The notes below the pieces were generated by a model. It was not told where the DNA came from. It made no database searches and saw only the letters and a list, made by a program, of their open reading frames with translations. 64,000 nt of DNA from NCBI RefSeq assembly GCF_964204645.1, contig NC_134026.1:23222150-23286149 (forward strand), in the 5' to 3' direction. Every line of letters starts with the position of its first letter. The first letter of the stretch is position 1. Position numbers and translations under genes: made by a program. This document shows, piece by piece, positions 37,592 to 64,000 of the stretch. The stretch is from Tubulanus polymorphus (Eukaryota; Animalia; Nemertea).

Positions 37592-39230
37592 TTCAAAACA
37601 TAATTACCAGAGCTTATACACGAGCGAGGTCATCAAACCGGACCTTTGTGCCAAAATTACATGGACACTTCACAGCGCTTATGGAAATTGAGTGCTTATT
37701 ATTATTACGTACTTAAAAAGATCACCGAACTGGTATTATTTGGTTCATCTTGTAATAACTTTTTAAGGATTTGCATTTATTTCTGAAAATAAAATATTTT
37801 TCACTTCAAAGAAACTGTGGACTTTATTATGTATTTTATTGGTAGCAAATAAGGTAGTTGGTGACCATTACAGCAGACTGCTGCAGATGATGCCGCATAG
37901 TAGTTGTAGCAAGTCTAAGTGCTACAGTACTAATTTTTGGAAAAAATATGTTAAGGCCCTGATTTGTGCTTACTTTTTTACAAACATCTTTGTTTAGTAA
38001 TTAATTAGCATTTATATACATAATGAATTATTCGCTTTTCCCATTCGCCAAAAAATGAATATTCCACTTCTTTCCTTCTATATTTTTACGAGCAAATTCT
38101 CCATGTAGAATACAAACAAACAACTGTCGCCCTCTCCCCACCCTATACAAATTCATTCTGTTATAGAAAAATTGCTAGTTGAGAAGTGTCATTCCTGTCC
38201 TTGGGTTCCGGCCCATAAATCGGCAAATAGTTTGTCCACTACTGTCGTGCTAAGGCTCTGGCAAGTGAGTATTATGCTAGTTCACGGTTTCCCGCTATCG
38301 CTATACGGAGAGAGCACTCGCCGGTCGATATGTAGCTTGCACTGAAGCCTACTGTGGCGAGCGAATTGTTTCAATCGCCAATTCGATCAACGTTAATGCT
38401 TTATTTGAAAAAATATTACCACTTTTGAATAGAAGTGATTCTGAATTTGTCTAATACGATTTTGGATTTGTTTAAACAGATAAGAATTCGTGGTCAGCTG
38501 TCTAGGTACTAAATCCGCTATTGGTCTTCACAAGTCTATATGTCTAGCATGAGCGCTAGTACTTTTTGTACTAAAAGTGCTAAAAAGTGCTTACTTTTGC
38601 TTAAGCCTCGCAATACTACTACAAACTGTAGTGCAGCGAAGTGCAGCCCGGAATTACCCCTTCCGACATTCATTCACCATTGTTGGGTGCCGAAGTTTTC
38701 GATCGTCACCTCTTGAGACTAATGTCTGGCATTTTTAGTTCATGTCTGACGCGCGTCCTGATGCGCGTGAAGCCTGGATGCCATTGAAATAATGGCGATG
38801 ACGCATTGGAATTCAATTCATCTTAAGGGTGCGCCAGGCAGATGGACACGACTGTGGATGCAATATCGCATTTGGATACGCTATTGTAGATGTTATCAAA
38901 CCCAGGACAAGGCTTCGGTGAACAAATGTGAAACAACTTTATTATGCTTGTATAAAAAATATAAAATGGTAGAAATGCTTCGACAAAGGATCACTGTTCA
39001 TAAATACTTCATTCATAACTATATTAGACACCAGCAGAAAATTGGTTAGGAAGACTGGACATCAAGCATATGTATACATAGCAACGCATGCAGGCAAACT
39101 GTCACGCTGAATTTCTGTTTACCGCATTAAAGTTGTAAGTAAGTTGCTGTACAAGATTGCTTTCATCCAGTCCTCGAGTAATCTAGAATACTGTCTGGCA
39201 TATGCCCATTGGGTAAACAAAAACTAAGTT

Positions 39231-39372
39231 CAATGGAACCTCGTTAGAACGATCCCGAATTTATAGCAATTTATGAGAATTTTATTCAACGTATAAATAT
39301 TTCAATAAGTAAATGTACTATTTTAATAATCAAAGGTCTAGTCTCATGAAGTTTGTTGTAACCAGGCTCCAC
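39231..39372. mobile_element. Degenerate Tc1/pogo-type MITE remnant; related fragments near 36591-36735 and 37249-37303
   Basis: Ends caatggaacctcgttagaacg / tgttgtaaccaggctccaccg resemble CAGTGGAACCTCG..CGAGGTTCCACTG termini. Related cagtggaattctgttataacg and gaggttccagtgta pieces occur in RPA2 introns. Confidence 0.45.
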
Positions 39373-40551
39373 CGAATGCATATAATGTATGTATACATGT
39401 ATGAACTGCATATAATTCATTCTGATTTTTGGCGCTTCGATTATCTGATTTGATTTTCAAAAAATAGAGCTTGATTCTAAAATTTCGGCATTTAGAAAAT
39501 TACTTTGCATCCCAGTGAATTTTCAACGCAGTTTTCAAAATTTTCACCTTAGTAGCCAATTTTGTATTTTAAACGACAGTTACTGCCATCGTATTCACTT
39601 TTACTAACGAGATAGGAGTGGATTAATAAAAACAGACACATAGATTGATTATGATTTGGAAAAAACTATTTTTAACAAAGAACCATATTTTTGGGAAAAA
39701 TACTATCATAAATTGCACCTGAAAGCTAAGCACTTTATTCAATTTTTCAATTTTTTTTTCATTTCAAAAAAAGACATCGAGTACAAATTTAATTAGACAT
39801 ATGTATATTGAATTAAGTTAACAAAATACAGTATAAGCTATGTTGAATGTACCTATACTGTATAAGTATCATTTCAGATATTTGAAACATACACTGGATC
39901 AATTATACAAGGAAGTATTTTTGCATATTTTGCTGATGCATAGACAATCCTCGCTGCGGCTCAGAATATGCTTATACGTAGCTACGAATACCAAAACTAT
40001 TTCATCTAATATTTGATGTTTAATATCTAAATGGTAGGCAAGAGAATATAATAGAACAAAGACAGAATTATCACTCAACTTGGTACGTCCATGCGGTATT
40101 TCAATTATAAAGAATGAGTTTTAACAACAGCCAAACTTATTTCTGTGAATTAGATAAACTGGAGTGAAATGTTGCCATGAAAGAAAAATATCTATGATAA
40201 CCTCATGATTCAGAAAATAAGGAAATTACTATACATCGCTTTATGACTAAGTGGTAATATTTACAGAACAATGTACGTGCATGTATAGCAAAGTTATCTA
40301 TGAAAACAGTTGAAGAAAGTTTTAAAATTCAGCATTAACAACCTTTCTCTGTACCAACAAATAGTCCAACAAGTAATGCATGAACGATAATAATCCCGAT
40401 CAAAACACATGAGTACGATCGAGGGATGTCGATGATCAAGTAACAATTCAAGATACAATGTACATCAAGCACATGTATGCATAGGATTGTTTCGATAAAT
40501 TAATATCATCAGAACAAAAAGCCACACCAAGCGGAAAGGATAAAGGCAAGG

Positions 40552-58554
<18,003 letters not shown>

Positions 58555-61500
58555 ATCAGTACTAGTTCACTTAACCTATCGTCTATTTTTTTATAAACGT
58601 GTCATCTGCCATGGTGGTAAACGCGCTTCGTCTATCCGCTGATTCTTTAAAGCAGCGTCTTCATCTTTTTCAATATGACTTCTACAAGAAAGAACGTCAG
58701 CGTGTGTAGATATGACTAATGAGAAGAGATCTAAAGATCCACGGCGAAGTTGAGAACAGGCATTACGTACAAGCATGGACTATAAAACGAACAATTCATA
58801 TCATATATACACTAATAAATATTTACAATAACATATATATGCCTGTAGTAAATAAGCATCAGCATCAGCATCCCAAGCAGTTAACACGATTATTCTATTT
58901 CATAATGAATGAAGTTTAATGCAAGTCCTATCAGAATGAACACACGAAGATACCTTTTCATACTAAAGCCTGTTATTCAGCGAGAAGAAAATATTCAAAA
59001 CCAGTTGCATTTTGTATCTTTAAAACATTTTGAGCTTGCAGTGGGACCTATTCAATATCTACCAGTCAAAGTGGCGCGGAAAGGTGGCATTTAGAAGTAA
59101 TGTTTTCCAACAGGGTATACATTTCAAGAAAATCAGATAATGAAAAAGTTCTCCACCAAATACACCTTAATGCACATACAATAGAAAGATATAAGATAGG
59201 AGGATAACTGAGGTTTCAGGGACTTTTAATGAAATGCATGTCTATGCAGTGAACTCACATCCAGCTAAAGTATATCCCAATGAAACACCTAGGTTGCTGA
59301 CCAGAGGTCAGAATTTCTTCACCTGACTGGATAATGGTAAGATTAAGTACACTGATGAGAATGTTGAAACATGTTAGCACAAGAACCTAAGTATAATATA
59401 AGTAGAATAGTCAATCTTAGCCACCTTATCCACTTGTCAGTACCACCGACTACAATTCCTTGGACCTCTGCTTTTCATTAATTGATTGCCAATCTAGATA
59501 AGTCAAATTCTTCGGTTTGAACTTTAGCTTCAGATTAGAATAATTATGGCTACTACCCAACACGCTTATGACAGAAAGCGCCAACGAACGTTCAGCCAAA
59601 AGTCACTGAAGTCAAAGATAACATTCAGAGCATAAAGACGCTGATAAATCATAAAAACAAAATGTTTAAGAATGTTTAGTCTCCGATGATATCATGAGCA
59701 ATAATGAGTATCGTGAGACAGGTTGTCGCGAGGAAGGTCGGACTGAAGAGTATAACGCACAACGCGAGCTGGTTTCAGATTAATAAATAGGAAACCAGAT
59801 GTTTAGTGGAACATTTTGGGATGTGATTGATTAAAATCCTCTAAAAATATCACGGCTCAATTCATATATTGGATGATTTAATGTTTCTCATTGCAGAATG
59901 AACAGAACATAAATAACCGATGTATTGCCGATCCTCATTAGTTCTTATCTGATCCAGAAGTAAAACTAATTTATCCACACTGAATCAGCTCTCAAAGTCA
60001 TTGATAAGTCGCTTGAGTGTATTTAACACGGCATTGGGCGGTGGCAGAATTATTTACAAATTCATCAGTCAAAATTCCTTATTTTGTCATAACCAGAGTA
60101 TATGAAACAATTAGCTTATTTTAGAAGGAGAAAATGATTATCAATTGAGAAATGTTTAAAATTATCTTGACATGACTATTCATATAACTTCCCTTTGAGC
60201 TAGTGCCGCACACCAGCCATAACAGACATTATATTTATCACAAAAATTCAATGAAATTCCCATATACCTTGAAGCACCTCACATCAATGATAAAAACTTG
60301 ATAAGAATATACGTAGGTTCATGAATCTGATTTGAAGAAAAAAGATCATTATCAGACTATGATAGCTATGATCACTAAAATTCGATTCTTGAATTCAGAG
60401 GAATGACCGACAAAACGAATCAGTGACAAATGAGGTGAAAAATTCTCAAGATAGTCCAAAAATGAATAAAATATTATCTTATCCGTATAAATTAATCTGT
60501 GAATACCGCATACGTTTCCATGTAAAACTAAATACAATCAACTATATCATAATTATAACGTAGAAATCAAACAAAAGGTGCAAAAAATACTACTCACATT
60601 GAAAATCATATCCAAATGCAGTATTATAGAATGAATTTCACATTAAACTGACAAGCGCCAACTATTTCAGTGTCTGTAGATCGAAGCATTTTAATTCCAA
60701 CTGCAAGACTGTCATGCAACGTACGGTGTATTGATCAACTAGCGTAATACAGCTACAGCTGCTTCAGTAAGCAAGTCAGACTCAAGTTCTCCTCACTTGC
60801 GATGTACACTCTGTTTCCAATTCAAATCTCTAAGACCAACACCCATTTACCTTTTTTTTCTTTCAAAATCACAATATCAACAGAAAAAGAAAACCTGATG
60901 ACGATGAATGTGCAAAAATTACATTCGTCTATCGGTATGAAATATATACGTACGAAATACATTTGCTTCCAACTCTATGCACGATTTTTTCAATACAATA
61001 TTTTTCGTAATTAAGTACACAAGTACCGGTAGCGCACCAAAGAAATACTGTGTATAAATCTTAATTCTTTCCAACCATTTCCAAAGACATCTGCTCATTA
61101 CGTTCAACCGATTTAAACCATCGTTTAATCCCAAAATTCAAGGTGCTGACTTTAAGAAACAACAACATATTTTTCGGGTAAAATAACTAAACTAAATAAA
61201 CTAACTTACCATTAATTTCATGAGTGAAAACTCTACTAAAAGTTACCCAAAGTCAGTTTGCCTAGCAGATTGGCTTTATTAAAGTATACGATAGCAAATA
61301 TCTGCTCTCAAGTTGAATATGATACATTAGCTGGCATTTAGAATTCATGAATGTTCGCGCAGATAAACGCTTTTCAGAACCAACCAACTGTACTTCATCT
61401 ACACATTTCATACATACGAGATATTATTTCTACTTACACAACACGGGCGCATGTGGCATACCAGAAAATGTGTTCACTAGCTCAGAAAAAAAATTTCCAC

Positions 61501-61881
61501 ACTCGAGGAGAAGCTTCCTACGGCAATAAGCAGTAGATATTGTTCATGGAGTATAGTTAGTTTTAATTGATTACAGGAGACACCATGAGTAATTTATGCA
61601 GTCGCTAGTAATGATGTTTTTCTTTCGAACAGAAGAGGACTCCAAGCATTTAGATTTTGATTGGTTTTAAGAAGCTTAAACTTAAGAAATTCGGGGCCTA
61701 ATTTTTCTAAGCTTTGCTGCAATTTCGATGTTCACAAACACAATGATTTTTTAGATCTTCTAGAATTGGTAAAACAGCTTATTGTCACAACAATTTTGTT
61801 ATTTTTTCAGTTGTTCAATCATAATTTTGATCATTCTTCAGAAAATATTCAGTCTGGGATATTTGAGGATGGGAATTTTAA

Positions 61882-61932
61882 GGGACCTCGAGGTGTCCCG
61901 GACCCCCATGGACACCCCTGGATCCGCCACTG
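61882..61932. mobile_element. Right end of a GGCGGATCCAG-type MITE
   Basis: ccggacccccatggacacccctggatccgccactg resembles the right terminus of the 1280-1482 element. No matching left end was found. Confidence 0.5.
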
Positions 61933-62452
61933 CCGGCTTTGACGTCGACGACATGTTCTGTTGTTTACATGTACAGAGCCCGGTGTCATGAATAGGTTTA
62001 AGCTTGAAACGGTTAAGTTTTAATTGTTGTCCTCAATGAGATTTGTCAAGTTGCCAAGTTGCCAATTTGAGTTTAACTTCTTCGTGATACTGGATAAGCA
62101 TAGTTAGCTTGGCAGTGGGGCGGTTAGTTACGTTTCACCCGTAATCACGAATAAAAAATCCACTACTGAAATATAGATTACTAATCATAACTCAAATACT
62201 AACATGAAAATGATTCTTACCGATTTCTAAAAGTTCTCAAATGAAGAATTCGCGATCATTCAATTCCTTCTTTACTCCCTATTTGCGATAGAAAATTCAT
62301 CAGTCAAAACGCAAATTTTGACGTTCAAGAATCGCGGTTTGACAATTTACGACGATAGCGCCATCCGTCGGTAAAAGTGTTTATTGAAACTGCAATTTCG
62401 TTTAAAAAATCGATTCTGATCTCAGCGGCGCTGGTGATTTGTAGTTCCTTGG

Positions 62453-63025
62453 CTAAATTGTGGCCTGGTATTGATATTCTTCCCGGGGTCGATATCTGAC
62501 GATTGTATTCCCAGTCCTTGGTGCTCTATTGAATGGTCTCCGGCTACACGGTCTACAAAACTGATGAACCGGGGGTCTGTTGTTGTCGCCACGATAATTT
62601 CTCAATCCAGGTTTTTGTAAAAATAAGCTACCGGTACGTTGGGGATTGTGTCTTTTAGAGTTATATCGATCATAGAGCTGTACTGATGAAGTGTTCCATT
62701 GGTTAACGGTAGTTTGTATAGTTGATGGTGGTCGTTGTTCCAATTCGATTATAACAGCTGGTTCATCGGCAACCTGGGGAGCTTCTCTCCATTTTCTCCT
62801 CTCGGCTCTTCCATTTTTCGTCGCGGTATGATCAATACAAGGAATGCTATAGTTTGAATGTTGCTGGAATCTAGCGAGGTCCCTATTTACACATCTAATA
62901 CCGGACTTCACCTCTCGAATCCGCAGAAATAACTGATGCGTTAAAGACTTACTTTCAATTTCGAATTGTCGGCTGTGATAAGCATTTAATACTTTGGCTC
63001 TTTTCAGTGCCCTTGAATCGTCCAT
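62453..63025 (-). CDS. Intronless 190-aa basic protein of unknown function
   Basis: ATG-initiated 573-nt ORF in AT-rich surroundings, TATATAA at 63131-63125 and AATAAA at 62385-62380 on the same strand. No recognised domain. Confidence 0.6.
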   Translation of the reverse strand: MDDSRALKRAKVLNAYHSRQFEIESKSLTHQLFLRIREVKSGIRCVNRDLARFQQHSNYSIPCIDHTATKNGRAERRKWREAPQVADEPAVIIELEQRPPSTIQTTVNQWNTSSVQLYDRYNSKRHNPQRTGSLFLQKPGLRNYRGDNNRPPVHQFCRPCSRRPFNRAPRTGNTIVRYRPREEYQYQATI

Positions 63026-63319
63026 TTCCGTTCCTAATCTGAACTTGATATGAAGTTTAATTCATTCCGATTTCATGTTGTTTCAATGTTTCCATCGTGT
63101 TGGCTTGGATATATGAATTTTTCATTATATAAGGCTGTGGCAAACTTGTTCTGACAACATTATTACGCCGAAATGAATTAAGCCAAAAAGCGTCAAACTG
63201 TTTTACGTCAACAATCGTGAAAATACATCGTGAGAAATCACCCGCATTAGGATTACTGTGATGGATAACGATTGATAAATGTAAAAAGTTAAATCAAATT
63301 AAATCGGACTATGATTGTC

Positions 63320-63887
63320 TCACGTCATGGTTGTTCTGTTGTTGTAGCGGACAATTCGGAACAAGGCCTGTTGGGTATCGTTGTGACTGCAATTTTCCGA
63401 TAACGACACTTCACGAACGAGTCGAGGTGTCGGTGGTGGATTAAAAGCCGTCGGAACTTCATTCAGATGATGTATAAGTTCTGTAGGATAATGATTTTGC
63501 CAGATTTTGTTTCTTTGTTTTGAAACAATATTGCTGTTCGAAAGGCTTGACTCCTTGCAAAACAAGGAAAACAAGCAAAATCCTTGCAAAACAAGCAAAA
63601 TCTGTTCTCTAAGATCTTTATCATTTACCTTCGTTTAAATTTTTCTCTTGGAAGGTGTTGAAAATCTGTAGAAATCCTACGTGGGACTATATTAGACTTT
63701 GACCTGATACAAAAATAAAATCTACCCAGCCTCGTCATGGAAAAATAACCCTCGTAACAATTTTTGTATCGACTTTTTGAAAAAAAAGAAAAAAGAATTA
63801 AATAAAAAATTCTCTTGGCCTCGTGCGTGATGCGATGAGAAACTTTTATTTCGGCTTTATCTGATTCATGAACTGAATCACCTAGAC
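63320..63887 (-). other. Possible 3' exons of a gene extending beyond the window
   Basis: Pyrimidine-tract acceptors (ttctcattag, ttttgtatcag, ttttgcaag) and a donor (gaag|gtaaat) around two short ORFs. The phases could not be reconciled. Confidence 0.25.
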
Positions 63888-64000
63888 CTAATGAGAAGGT
63901 CAGAGAGAAGAAGAGACATAGATTCATCCGAATGAATTATTTATTCAAATTGTCTATGGTATATTATAGGTCATTTATTCATTTTTGTAAATAGATATGT

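Noticed and set aside
37862-37947. Stem-loop followed by aatttttgg resembling an snRNA Sm site (U4atac-like end)
   Set aside because: The 5' part lacks recognisable U4/U4atac pairing sequences, and an Sm-like string is common in AT-rich DNA.
38739-38790. Three in-frame TGA codons suggesting a selenoprotein
   Set aside because: No selenoprotein homology and no SECIS-like structure seen; consistent with chance stops.

Overview
AT-rich, intron-containing eukaryotic DNA, most likely a gene-dense invertebrate animal genome with many 80-100 nt introns; the taxon cannot be fixed from sequence alone. Genes reconstructed by hand from splice signals, in order: 5'-truncated LMF1 (+); a complete SVEP1/polydom (-, about 24 kb, including one 5.64 kb exon of about 32 CCP domains); two small paralogous secreted-peptide genes nested antisense in SVEP1 intron 1, which the ORF track misses; a six-exon AANAT/Paa1-like GNAT acetyltransferase (-) head-to-head with RPA2 (+); a tandem-domain receptor-type tyrosine phosphatase (-) with an apparently tiny ectodomain, altered D1 motifs and an approximately 590-aa disordered tail; and an intronless 190-aa orphan ORF. 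There are also several MITE-like inverted-repeat elements and long (TA)n microsatellites. The best candidate for an undescribed system is the nested peptide pair, which has near-identical signal exons but highly divergent acidic-repeat versus proline-rich mature regions. All calls are by eye; no database searches were run.
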